From an uncultured bacterium (GTDB lineage: Bacteria; Fidelibacterota; Marinisomatia; Marinisomatales; UBA1611), in assembly GCA_943788175.1 (NCBI GenBank), contig CALSPG010000001.1, forward strand, positions 224,001 to 288,000: a DNA stretch of 64,000 nucleotides, in the 5' to 3' direction. Under the pieces are notes generated by a model. It was not told the origin of the DNA, did no database searches, and saw only the letters and a program-made list of their open reading frames with translations. Shown here in pieces: positions 11,111-21,840 of this stretch (its first letter is position 1; the number at the start of each line of letters is the position of its first letter). The position numbers and the translations under genes are program-made.

Positions 11111-12093
11111 TTCAAGAAAAATTAATTGAAGTAAAAAACCTTAAAACTTTTTTTAATACAGAAGCAGGTGTTGCTAGGGCTGTAAACAATGTTTCTTTTG
11201 ATATTTTTAAAGGTGAGGTTCTTGGCATTGTTGGCGAATCTGGTTCTGGTAAATCTGTGACTTCAATGTCTATAAATCGTTTAATTCCTAATCCCCCCGG
11301 GGAAATCGTTGGTGGTGAAATCTTTTATAATGGTGTTGATCTATTGAAGTTAAGTTATGAAGAAATGTGTGATATAAGAGGTAAGGATATATCAATGATT
11401 TTTCAGGAACCTATGACATCATTAAATCCTGTTTTGCGTATTCAATCTCAAATGAATGAAATAATAATCAAGCACGATGGTTTGAGTCCTGAATCCGCCA
11501 CTAATAAAAGTATTGAAATGTTAAAAAAAGTAGGTATTCCTGAGCCAGAGAGAAGAATATATGATTATCCGCATCAATTTTCTGGTGGCATGAGACAGCG
11601 AATTATGATAGCTATGGCCTTACAGTGTAATCCGGCATTGTTAATTGCTGATGAACCTACAACTGCACTTGACGTCACAATTCAAGCTCAAATTCTTGAC
11701 CTTATGATGGACTTAAAAGACCATAGAAAAGACTCTGCTATCTTGTTAATTACCCATGATTTAGCAGTAATAGCTGAGACATGTGATCGTGTAATTGTCA
11801 TGTATGGTGGTGTTATTCAAGAAATTGCAACTATTTTTGATCTTTTTAAAAACCCTGTAAACCCTTACACAAAAGCTCTCATGGAGTCTATTCCGAAAAT
11901 GGATCATAACTCTAAACGTTTAAAAGCATTAAAAGGTATGGTTCCCTCTATTTTAGATCTTGGTGACGAATGTAAACTTTGCTCACGATTTGAACCAAGC
12001 GAATGTGCCTGTGGAGGAACAAAAGTAGAACCAGCATTAATAGAGATAAAAAAAGGACATTTTGCCAGAATAAACGAAAAACTTATAAAATGA
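11107..12093 (+). CDS. oppD: oligopeptide ABC transporter ATPase (OppD/DppD-like)
   Basis: GESGSGKS Walker [19 protein letters not shown]. Confidence 0.9.
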   Translation: MIQEKLIEVKNLKTFFNTEAGVARAVNNVSFDIFKGEVLGIVGESGSGKSVTSMSINRLIPNPPGEIVGGEIFYNGVDLLKLSYEEMCDIRGKDISMIFQEPMTSLNPVLRIQSQMNEIIIKHDGLSPESATNKSIEMLKKVGIPEPERRIYDYPHQFSGGMRQRIMIAMALQCNPALLIADEPTTALDVTIQAQILDLMMDLKDHRKDSAILLITHDLAVIAETCDRVIVMYGGVIQEIATIFDLFKNPVNPYTKALMESIPKMDHNSKRLKALKGMVPSILDLGDECKLCSRFEPSECACGGTKVEPALIEIKKGHFARINEKLIK

Positions 12094-12960
12094 GTAAGAG
12101 TAATCAGATATTAAAAGTAAGGGACTTGATTGTAGATTTTCCAATTTTCGGTGGAATTATGCAAAAAGAAGTAGATGCAGTTCATGCAGTTCGTAAAGTG
12201 TCCTTTGAATTATTTAAAGGTGAGACTTTAGGCATTGTTGGCGAATCAGGTTCCGGTAAATCCACACTTGGGAATGCAATTTTAAATGTATTGAAAGTTA
12301 ACAGCCCCGGATGTCCATATAAATGGCGAAATATTTTTAAATATTAATGATGAAAGTGTTGATATATTAAATTTAGAAAAAAATAAAATGAAGCAATATC
12401 GCAAACATATTCAAATGATTTTTCAAGATCCTTACTCATCATTGAACCCGCGAATGCTTGTGAAGGATATTGTTAAGGAATCATTAGATATAAATACTAG
12501 TTTAACAGAATCCGAGAAAATGGAAAAGGTTTTTTGGCTTTTAGATAAAGTTGGCTTATCACCAGAACAATCAAGTCGGTATCCTCACGAATTTTCTGGT
12601 GGACAGAGACAAAGAATTGGAATTGCAAGAGCTTTAGCAACAGAACCTGATATTATTATAGCTGATGAACCTGTCTCGGCCTTAGATGTTTCTATCCAAG
12701 CCCAAATCATAAACCTTATGATGGACCTTCAAAAAGAATTTGAACTTTCTATCCTTTTTATTGCGCATGACTTATCTGTCGTGAAGCATATTTCAGACCG
12801 TGTAGGCGTTATGAACTTAGGAGAATTGGTGGAAATAAATAAGACATCTAGCATATTTAATAAACCGAAGCATAGCTACACTAAAGAGCTTTTAAGGGCT
12901 ATCCCAGAACCAGACCCAGTAGGTAGGGAAGATAGAAAAAAGAAAAGGCTATCAATTTAA
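12090..12960 (+). CDS. oppF: oligopeptide ABC transporter ATPase (OppF/DppF-like), frameshift near 12305
   Basis: ATG 12090 overlaps the oppD stop; Walker A in the first fragment, FSGGQRQR and DEPVSALD in the second; the second frame is open across the gap. Confidence 0.85.
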
Positions 12961-12975
12961 CAAATAGAAGAATAC

Positions 12976-14667
12976 ATGGTATACAAAGATTTTCATTACG
13001 AAAGATTAGAATTAGAGAAAAGTAAAAGCATATTAAATAAAATTATATCTGATTTTAAAAATGCGGTTTCAGCTAAAAAACAGATTGATGCAATCAAAGA
13101 AGTTGACAGCTTTTCAAGGGAATATATGACCTATCAAGCGATGGCCAGTTTGAACTATAGTAGAGATATAAATGATGATTCTGCTAAAAATGAAAAAGAC
13201 TATTATGATTCTATATCTCCCGATATGATAGAGGTTTTTGATAGGTTTGATAAGGCTTTACATCAATCAAATTTCAAGAGTGAAATTGTAGATATGTTCG
13301 GTGAAACTTTTTTGAATCAGATAGAAATTAATCTTAAAACATTCGATTCGAAAATCAAGGATATGTTAAAAGAAGAGATTAAGTTAAAAAATGATTATAC
13401 AAAACTAACTGCGGGAGCTAAAATCGAGTTTGAAGGAAAGGAATACAACCTTGCTGGTTTAGGTCCTTTTCATTCAGATGTAAATCGCTCAGTTAGAAAA
13501 AAATCATATGAAGCACGCTTTGCTTGGTTTAAAAGTAAAGAGGATGAATTAGATAATATCTATGATAAGTTGGTGAAGTTAAGACACAATATTGCTGTTA
13601 CTTTAGGTTATAAAAACTTTATTGAGCTCGGATATTACAGAATGGGTCGTTCTGACTACGGGCCAGGAGAGGTCGCAAATTTTAGAAAGCAGATTGTTGA
13701 ACACGTCGTACCTATTATATCAAAATTAAGCGAACAGAAAAAAGAAATTTTAGATTTAGATCATCTGTATTTTTATGATGGTATAAATTTCAAAGATGGT
13801 GACCCAAAACCAAAGGGGACACCAGACCAATTAGTTGCAGAAGCTAGAACTATGTATCATGAGTTATCTCCTGAGACTGGAGAGTTTTTTGATGTCATGA
13901 TAGATGAAGAACTTATGGACTTGGTCAATAGGGAAGGTAAAAGGCCTGGAGGGTTTTGTACTTCCTTCCCTAAGTATGAGAGGCCTTACATCTTTTCTAA
14001 TTTTAATGGAACAGATCATGACATTACAGTTCTAACGCATGAGGCTGGCCACGCGTTCCAAAATTATTCCAGTTCCAATCAACCTCTAGTTAATTATCAT
14101 TGGCCGACAATGGAAGCAGCAGAAATCCACTCTATGAGTATGGAGTTTTTTACTTGGCCATGGATGAAGAATTTTTTTAAAGAGGATACAGAAAAATTTA
14201 AATATAAACACATTTCTGGAAGTCTTTCTTTCTTGCCTTATGGTGCCTGCGTTGATGATTTTCAACATTGGGTTTATGAAAATCACGATGCTTCTCCAAA
14301 AGAAAGAAAACAAAAATGGCTTGAGCTTGAGAACGTTTATATGCCTCATAGAGATTATGATAATATGATTTTTGCTAGAGACGGTGGAATATGGCAAGGG
14401 CAGCTACATATTTATCAGATGCCTTTTTATTACATTGATTATACTTTAGCTCAGACATGTGCTTTTCAATTTTGGATCAAGAGCGAAACAGATAAAAAAG
14501 CAGCTTGGAATGATTATTTAAAACTATGTTGTGCTGGAGGTAGCCTGTCTTTTACGAAGTTAGTAGAACTTGCTAAATTAAAATCACCATTTAAAGATGG
14601 CTGTCTTGAAGAGGTAGTAGGCTACGTTGATAAATGGTTGAAAAATTTCGACATAAAAAATATGTAG
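12976..14667 (+). CDS. M3 family oligoendopeptidase (PepF-like)
   Basis: GKRPGGFC, THEAGHAFQ (HEXXH), AEIHSMSME, PFYYIDY. Confidence 0.92.
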   Translation: MVYKDFHYERLELEKSKSILNKIISDFKNAVSAKKQIDAIKEVDSFSREYMTYQAMASLNYSRDINDDSAKNEKDYYDSISPDMIEVFDRFDKALHQSNFKSEIVDMFGETFLNQIEINLKTFDSKIKDMLKEEIKLKNDYTKLTAGAKIEFEGKEYNLAGLGPFHSDVNRSVRKKSYEARFAWFKSKEDELDNIYDKLVKLRHNIAVTLGYKNFIELGYYRMGRSDYGPGEVANFRKQIVEHVVPIISKLSEQKKEILDLDHLYFYDGINFKDGDPKPKGTPDQLVAEARTMYHELSPETGEFFDVMIDEELMDLVNREGKRPGGFCTSFPKYERPYIFSNFNGTDHDITVLTHEAGHAFQNYSSSNQPLVNYHWPTMEAAEIHSMSMEFFTWPWMKNFFKEDTEKFKYKHISGSLSFLPYGACVDDFQHWVYENHDASPKERKQKWLELENVYMPHRDYDNMIFARDGGIWQGQLHIYQMPFYYIDYTLAQTCAFQFWIKSETDKKAAWNDYLKLCCAGGSLSFTKLVELAKLKSPFKDGCLEEVVGYVDKWLKNFDIKNM

Positions 14668-14738
14668 TCTTTATTGAGATTTTTTGAAATTTTAGTTGTA
14701 TTTAATTTTTGATAAATTTTATGTTCAGTATAGATACA

Positions 14739-15344
14739 ATGAAATATTTTACTATAATTATTATTTTTTATTGCTTTATAACTGCTCAAGATGGTGTCAG
14801 GGTTGCCCCTGAAAAAATATCAAATCGTGTACAAGTAATTGTAAGTGGTAACCACCCAGACGCAATAAATAACGAATCTACAATAATTTTTGATAATTCT
14901 AAAAATATTGATTTAAGAAGTAATAATAGGCCAATTAAAAATACGGTACCTCAAAGCGATACTGAGGAAGAATTATTTTTGCCAAATGAAGTTATGCCCA
15001 CACTGTCAACTGAAGAATTAAAACTAGTGGATTTGCAAAAAACTGAAACCCAAATTAATCAAAAATCAAAAATATTATCAGATGATTATATATCATCTTT
15101 TAGTGTAGTAAAAAGTGGCCCTATTTATGATGGTTCTAGGACACAAAACCTTTTATTAATGAAAGCATTATCTATCAAACCTGGCTGGAGTAATAATGCC
15201 AAATGGCCAGATGGTACAGATGTAGATGATTATTCTATTGTAGACTGGATTAAATACGGCAAAGGCAAAGTAATAGGAATAGGAAATGATGCATCCAAAG
15301 AAGCTAGATCATATCTCTTTGATAAATATGTTAAATCAAAATAG
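14739..15344 (+). CDS. hypothetical exported protein
   Basis: ORF with N-terminal signal-like segment (MKYFTIIIIFYCFITAQD); no family recognised. Confidence 0.55.
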   Translation: MKYFTIIIIFYCFITAQDGVRVAPEKISNRVQVIVSGNHPDAINNESTIIFDNSKNIDLRSNNRPIKNTVPQSDTEEELFLPNEVMPTLSTEELKLVDLQKTETQINQKSKILSDDYISSFSVVKSGPIYDGSRTQNLLLMKALSIKPGWSNNAKWPDGTDVDDYSIVDWIKYGKGKVIGIGNDASKEARSYLFDKYVKSK

Positions 15345-15402
15345 CACTTCAAGAATTACCTCTTTTTTTGATTTTTTTTTAATTATTATGAAATAGTTAA
15401 CA

Positions 15403-16202
15403 TTGAAAATTAATTTATTCAAATTTTTAATATTCTTTTTCTTTTTAAATATTTGCTTTGGACAAAAAACATACATTCGATCCTCATTGCCATCTAGAGG
15501 AGGCTTGGTTTTTAATCCAGACAACGGAAGACCATTTAGTAATCTAGCCATTGAATACTTTGATAATGGCCGTATAAAAACGAAAGGAAGGTATTCAGGT
15601 GGTTATGCTAGCGGCTACTGGGTGTATTATTATCCAAATGGACAATTAAAATCGAGGGGACGGTACTACATGGCTTCTGATCCGAAACTAAATGGAATAA
15701 TAGAAAATGGTCGCGCTGGGAAAGTGGGTTTTTTGGCATAGTAATGGCTCTAAGAAAGATGATGGGTTCTTACAAAAACAGTCAACAAGTTGGGGCCTGG
15801 ACATTCTGGCATCAGAATGGATTTAAGCATTCTGAGGGAAGGTACAGACAGGGAAAATTGCATGGAAAATGGAAGTTCTGGTATGCAAACGGAAACACAC
15901 AAGAGAGTGGGAATTATATTTTAGGCTTAATTGATGGTGAATGGCTTTTTTGGGATACATTAGGACAGCTTATTGAAAGTGGTAGATATCAAAATGGGAG
16001 ACCAATCGGTGAACATAATGGTTGGTATGGCTCTGGTGGCAGAAAATGGAAATTGAATTATCAATTTGGGAAGATTCATGGACCATATACATCTTGGCAC
16101 GAAAATGGTGAACCAGAAAAATCAGGAGACTATATATCAGGGGAAAAGTATGGCGCTTGGAATTACTGGGATATCAACGGTAAAAAATTAATTAATAATT
16201 AA
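15403..16202 (+). CDS. MORN-variant repeat protein (YwqK-like), frameshifted near 15720-15760
   Basis: Signal peptide; repeated GxWxxWxxNGxxxxxGxY units in both fragments. Confidence 0.75.
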
Positions 16203-16218
16203 TTATTAATATACAGGG

Positions 16219-17351
16219 TCATTCTTTTAATACTATAGGTCTCCAATTTTTCCAGTCTAAGGGTCGATAGGGTAGTTTTTCAAACCATTCTTTTTTCAGC
16301 TTATTTATATAGGGTTTGATGTTTAGCGGTACGTCATCAATGGGGCTTCCCACTCCTTTAAAGTATATTAACCTTGTTTCATAAGGTAAGCGATACGTTA
16401 AATCGAAAAACGCAATTAGATGGACTCTGTTTCGCTGTATTCAGGTAAAATTATGCCACCTCCGCAACTGACGCAGTTTTCTAAAAAATTATCTAACATG
16501 ATAGGGTAATTAGGCGATTTTGTCCAGATTGAATCAGGTCGGTCTGTGTATATGTAGTATTTAGGCTCTATAATATTGATGGGCCCAAAATCAACATCTA
16601 AAATTTTCTGATTTTTATAGTTTTCATCAAAACTATAGTTAAATGTCATCTCATAATGATTTCTAAAAAAAATAATTTTTTCGAAAGTGATCTGTGGTGT
16701 TTTATCATCCTGGATAGATAACAGTCTATCCGTTATATAAGTAGTCCCTTTTCTTTGATATTCCTCATTCGGGAAAACGGTGTGTTTAGCTGAACCGTTC
16801 ATTATTTCAGTTTTTATTTTATTTTGCTCATGTCTGTTTAGTGTATGTGGCCAAAATGTTAAGAAATCTTTTATATCTGTTGTATCTTCAATTACTTTAC
16901 CCCAAAAGTCGTCCAACGCATTTTGTTTTGAAATTTTTACTAACGTATCAGAGACACCATGGGTCCAAGCCCAGCTTGATTCGTGGTCACCTATAGCTTC
17001 TATTCTTGCTTTTCTTACGCGTTTGTTTGCGGTGTTTTGCATGTAAGTCATCATAGAAAAAAATAAAAAAACAAAAACTATAATAATTATATATCTATCA
17101 TATGATTCTTCTTTGTTTTTTAATAGAACAAGAAAATTCCAATTAGCTTTTATAAAATCATATGCCTTATGAGCTTTTTCTATTTTTTTACTCGCTAATA
17201 ACTTTTCATCGATAGTTTCAAAGTTGTCTAATTTCCAATACTTTAAATACTTTTGGTACTTTCTATATAATTCAAGTTTAGAGCATTTGTGGTTGAGACC
17301 AAAATACTCCAGTTCTTTTTTAAGAGTAACTATTGTCTTTTCTAGGTCCAT
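16219..17351 (-). CDS. membrane protein with N-terminal J-domain-like region; probable frameshift near 16420-16440 extends it to 16219
   Basis: LEYFGL...ELYRKYQKYLKYWKLDNF...KAYDFIK resembles a J-domain; TM IIIIVFVFLFFSMM; alternative frame open from 16440 to TGA at 16219 (HLIAFFDLTYRLPY...RPIVLKE). Confidence 0.55.
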
Positions 17352-17474
17352 TATAGTGCAACTCTAATGCTCGATACTCCAGATATACTTGTTAGAAATA
17401 AGGTCATAAATACAAATGAAATTAAATAATAATTATTTGGTTAGAGCTAATAAAATTTTCTTTTAATTTATTGT

Positions 17475-18866
17475 ATGTTAATTCGCCTATTTTTCGGAAT
17501 CTCATTATTTCTTTTATCTAGTTGCTCAAATATTAGTAACGAATCAGAATTAGAATTAAAAAGAGGTCTTTTCTATAATACTTCCAATGGAAAGCCTTTC
17601 TCCGGTAAAGTATATAAATTATATAATAATGGTTCTAAAATGCGAGAGGCGCAATTTGATATAGGTGCTATTGAAGGTTCATACACTTATTATGATAACG
17701 AAGGCTCGATAATTTATCCAGCAGACGAGGCTTCATTAGATTTTAGAGATGGGAAAAAATATTTTGCAAATTCTGATAAAGAATTCTGGGGTTTAGCCTT
17801 TGGAACTTATCAAAGCGGAGAAACTTCTTTCGAAGTGCTTTATGAAAATGGCAAGGTAGTTGGAGATTATGTTTACTTTAACCGAGACGGTTCTATCAAG
17901 TCCCCTATCTTTACGTCATTATTGATTCGTCGCGGAGATGTCTTATATCAAGAAAGTTCACCAGAACCTTACACGGGTCCTGTATTTGATCTGTGGGAAA
18001 ATGGAAATAAAATGTTGGAGGGCTCCTACAAAAATTCTGTTAAGGACGGTAGGTGGATGGAGTGGTTTGATAATGGTCAGCCAGAGAAGACAGTACAACT
18101 ATCGTTACGGACTTCGTCATGGCTATTGGGCTGAATGGCACAGCAACGGCTTGCTCTCTATTGAAGGTAGCTATACGTTGACGGTAAAGAGGATGGCACC
18201 TGGACATATCTGGTACCCTTCCGGCCAAAAAGAAAAGATAATCATGCAAAAAGAAGGTTGGTGGAATGGAAGGATCTCAAAAATGGTTCTTAAATGGCCA
18301 AATGATGGAAGATATAAGCTATAAAGACCAAATGCCTGTAGGCAAATGGCAATATTGGTTTGAAAATGGTCAACTAAAAGGAAGAAAGAAACTATGAGAA
18401 TGGTTTGCCCTCCGGAAGCTGGACTCAGTATTATAACAATGGATTTATGAAACATAAAATCAACTACTTGTACTAGGCAAGGAAGATGGTACGTGGGTCT
18501 ATTGGTATAACAACGGCCAAAAAAAGGAAGAAAAAAACTTTATCAATGGAAAAAAAGAAGGTAAGTGGCAAAGTTGGTTTGCCAATGGCGCCAAAAAAGA
18601 AGTGAGATACTTTTGCTGGTAATTTAAAAAGTGGAGTGTGGAGAGAATGGTATGACCTCCAGCCCAGAGAAGAAAGACGATATGTGAACGGTAAATTAGA
18701 TGGGCCTAGAAAAAAATGGTATTCCAATGGTAAGTTAAAAGAAGAGGGTAATTATAAAGAGGGTAAAGAGAACGGAAGATGGACCTACTATCTTGAAGAT
18801 GGCGCTATTGAAACATCCTATGATATTAAAGGTAACTTTTTATCGCGAATTAATGTTGATGACTAA
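17475..18866 (+). CDS. MORN-variant repeat lipoprotein, multiply frameshifted between about 18090 and 18640
   Basis: Lipobox LSSC; GKPFSGKV, PYTGPV and GxWxEWxxNG repeats continue across frames. Confidence 0.65.
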
Positions 18867-18953
18867 AAAAACTAAAAATAGTTCGGATTGCCACTTATAA
18901 AAAATGTACTTAAGTTAAAAAGCATCTGTTTTAAACAATTACATAGAATAATC

Positions 18954-20094
18954 ATGAAAAAAATCTTTTATTTACTCAATATTATTATCCTTCGCCTCTG
19001 CTCAACAAGGGCTCAACTTGGAAGAGCTTGAATCAGATGATAACGGGACCCTAATGTATCCTTACTCTGGGAAAGTATTTGAATACTGGCCTAATGGGGA
19101 TTTAAAGGTTAGAGGTAGACTTAGAAATGGTTTAAGAAATGGTAAATGGGAATATTATCACACAAATGGATCAAAGATGGCTGCTGGTAAGTATTTCGAT
19201 GGCAATGGTTCTAAAATCGATCCTGAAACTAAGATTCCCATGCAGGGTTTTGTAGGTAATTGGACGTTCTACTATAAAACAGGGCAGCAATGGCAAGAAG
19301 GCAGCTGGAAAGACGGTATACCATCAGGAGAACATGTAAAATGGTATCCTAATGGAAATACTAAAACTATTCTAACATATGAGAGCGGAGAGCTTCAGGG
19401 GCCTATAACTAAATGGTTTGAAGATGGTCAAGTAAAAGAAGAGGCGTTTTACAACTTTGGTAAGCTAGATAGTTCTTACTCAACCTGGTATTCAAATGGC
19501 AGCAAAAAAGAAGAGGGTGATTACTTTCGAGGCATTCAAAATGGACATTGGACATTTTGGCACGAAAATGGAGAGCTAAAGCGAGATGGTAGTTATTCAA
19601 ATGGTGAAATGGATGGTATCTGGGTGGAATATGCAGCTGATGGAAATAGTATCCAGCGAAGTAGGTACAATGAGGGGTTGTTTCTATATGACTTGCATTG
19701 GGGGCCGAAAGAGCTTTACACAAGGTCACAAAAGCTTAGAAAAAAGAATATAGAGTCTTCAATTTTAGTTTTAGACAACATTGTCAATTCATTCAAAGAA
19801 AGTAAGTATGCCACTCGATCTCAATTTTTAAAAGCCGAAATTTATATGAATGATTTAAAAGATTTTAATGCTGCAATTAGGGAATATAAAGCAGTAGTTA
19901 AATTGTTTCCCACCTCTGCGCAGGCCCAAGACTCACAATATATGGTTTCTTATATCTATGGTAGTGTATTAGATAATAAAAAGCAGGCTAAAAAAGAATA
20001 CAAATCTTTCCTTAAAAAGTATCCTAGTAGTAGGCTTGTATCCGCAGTGAGATTAGAATTGAAACAGCTTAATAGTAGGATGGCTAGAAAATAG
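18954..20094 (+). CDS. MORN-variant repeat protein with C-terminal TPR (BamD/YbgF-like) domain; frameshift in the signal peptide
   Basis: ATG 18954 (MKKIF); mature part ...SFASAQQGLNLEEL in the 19018 frame; MORN repeats then AAIREYKAVVKLFPTS / FLKKYPSS TPR signature. Confidence 0.8.
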
Positions 20095-20099
20095 TTTAT

Positions 20100-21422
20100 T
20101 TAGTCTAAACCAATAATTGTTGGTTTATTTACGGGCCCAGTTAGTTTTAAGACAATCACAGGTCCTTCTCTGTTTAAATTTTTATCATTCTCTATTTCCC
20201 ATTCTCTTATAATATCTCTTACGCCATATGATATCGGATTAATTCTAATTTCAGTATCAAATAAATCCAATGAACTAAAATCTTTTTTTCTAGTATCAAA
20301 TGAAAATTGCCCACTAATATTAATTTTTAAAAATGGACTATCAAATAATGCTTCAATTATTCCAAATTCATTATCATAAAATCGAAAATTAAAATCTGCT
20401 CTTCTAATACGTAATAAACCATTCCTGGCACCAAGTTCAAGCATTAAGAAGTTTATAGTCTCATCGTTAGTAATAGACGGTGGTATTTTAAACTCAAGGT
20501 TTTTGATTGAAAAATCACCACTGCCATTCTGAAAATTTGGATAGCCTTCCGTATCTAAAACTTGGAAAGATAAATTATTTATATTTAGGATTATATCGTT
20601 TATTTTGAAATTAGTTTGTTCGAAAATATCATTATTAGGGATGGCTGTTACTGACAATCCTTTAAGTGTGAATTTTCCATATTTTTGAAAATACTCAATA
20701 CTAGAACTTTTTGGAGATAAACCAATATTAATATCTGAAAGTAGCGACTGTTCAATTTCATTTATATTAAATCTAAAAGACCAGTTTGTACTGTCTTTAG
20801 GAAAATTATCAGATTCTTTGTTGGTTATTTTTTTCGTTTCCCAGTTTAAAGAAATATATTTTTCTTGTTTTTTGTGGCTTGAAGTTGTTCGCGCATCAAT
20901 ACTAATTGGTAATGACATAGTGTAGTTCCATTCATTATTGCTAAATGGATATTTGTCGGGTCTTATCAAAGACTCGATAACTAAGTCATTATAATTTTTT
21001 GGATATTTTTCATTTTTTTGGAAATAAGCTTCGGTTGCTTTTTCTAAAACTTCAAAAGCATCCATCGGTGTTTCATACCGTTTATCTGAAAGATCAGTTA
21101 ATATTAAGTTGTAAAAATTCGCTAATTTGTAGTTGGTTATTAATTCAAAATGATCAAGCAATAAGCCAGGTCCATTAATCACTATTCCTATTGATTCATC
21201 ATTTATATTTTTTATTGCTATATCATCAAAACCAAATTTTAAAGATTGTATTGAGAGTTGTGCATTCTCAAGGCTGTCTTTTGATATATTAGTAGCTATT
21301 TTAAATTTATTAAGTTGAAAATATAATTGTTCTAATGATGCTGTCGCATCAATATAATTTTGGCTTTTTATACTTTGCCCTATAATTAAGACAATAAAAA
21401 TGCATTTTGTTAAAATTTTCAT
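20100..21422 (-). CDS. hypothetical exported beta-rich protein (AsmA/GspN-like C-terminus)
   Basis: ATG 21422 MKILTKCIFIVLIIG signal-like; C-terminal VLKLTGPVNKPTI. Confidence 0.55.
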   Translation of the reverse strand: MKILTKCIFIVLIIGQSIKSQNYIDATASLEQLYFQLNKFKIATNISKDSLENAQLSIQSLKFGFDDIAIKNINDESIGIVINGPGLLLDHFELITNYKLANFYNLILTDLSDKRYETPMDAFEVLEKATEAYFQKNEKYPKNYNDLVIESLIRPDKYPFSNNEWNYTMSLPISIDARTTSSHKKQEKYISLNWETKKITNKESDNFPKDSTNWSFRFNINEIEQSLLSDINIGLSPKSSSIEYFQKYGKFTLKGLSVTAIPNNDIFEQTNFKINDIILNINNLSFQVLDTEGYPNFQNGSGDFSIKNLEFKIPPSITNDETINFLMLELGARNGLLRIRRADFNFRFYDNEFGIIEALFDSPFLKINISGQFSFDTRKKDFSSLDLFDTEIRINPISYGVRDIIREWEIENDKNLNREGPVIVLKLTGPVNKPTIIGLD

Positions 21423-21501
21423 ATTTTTATTAATTTGTTGTATACATAATTTATGTAGTGAGTCAATTTGATAAACTATTTTTTTCGAATACTTTAATTT
21501 T

Positions 21502-21831
21502 ATGAAAAAACGACAAAACATTGTGTTCTCTACGGATGAAAATTTTTTTCATGATAAAAATGAATCTATAGAACCTATTAATGTGGCTGCAAATGAACAA
21601 AATCTGAAAATCAGTTTAAAAAGGCTACCTGGTAATAGGATATTAACGATTATTAATGGTTTAAAAGGAGACGCCTTAAGCTTTAATGCTTTATCAAAAG
21701 ATCTTAAAAAGGCTTGTGGTGTCGGCGGATCGGTAAAAAATAGACAAATCTTAATCCAAGGAAATCATAGGGAAAAAATAATAAAAATTTTAGATGAAAG
21801 AGGCTTTAAAGTAAAGGCCAGTGGAGGTTAA
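21502..21831 (+). CDS. yciH: translation initiation factor SUI1/eIF1 homologue
   Basis: LTIINGL, LKKACGVGGSVK, ILIQGNHREKI, GFKVKASGG. Confidence 0.9.
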   Translation: MKKRQNIVFSTDENFFHDKNESIEPINVAANEQNLKISLKRLPGNRILTIINGLKGDALSFNALSKDLKKACGVGGSVKNRQILIQGNHREKIIKILDERGFKVKASGG

Positions 21832-21840
21832 ATTTATAAC

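Noticed and set aside
5480-12310. Programmed frameshifting in the propeller gene and oppF
   Set aside because: Single-base indels in short homopolymers within ordinary genes; sequencing error is the simpler explanation and no stimulatory structure was seen.
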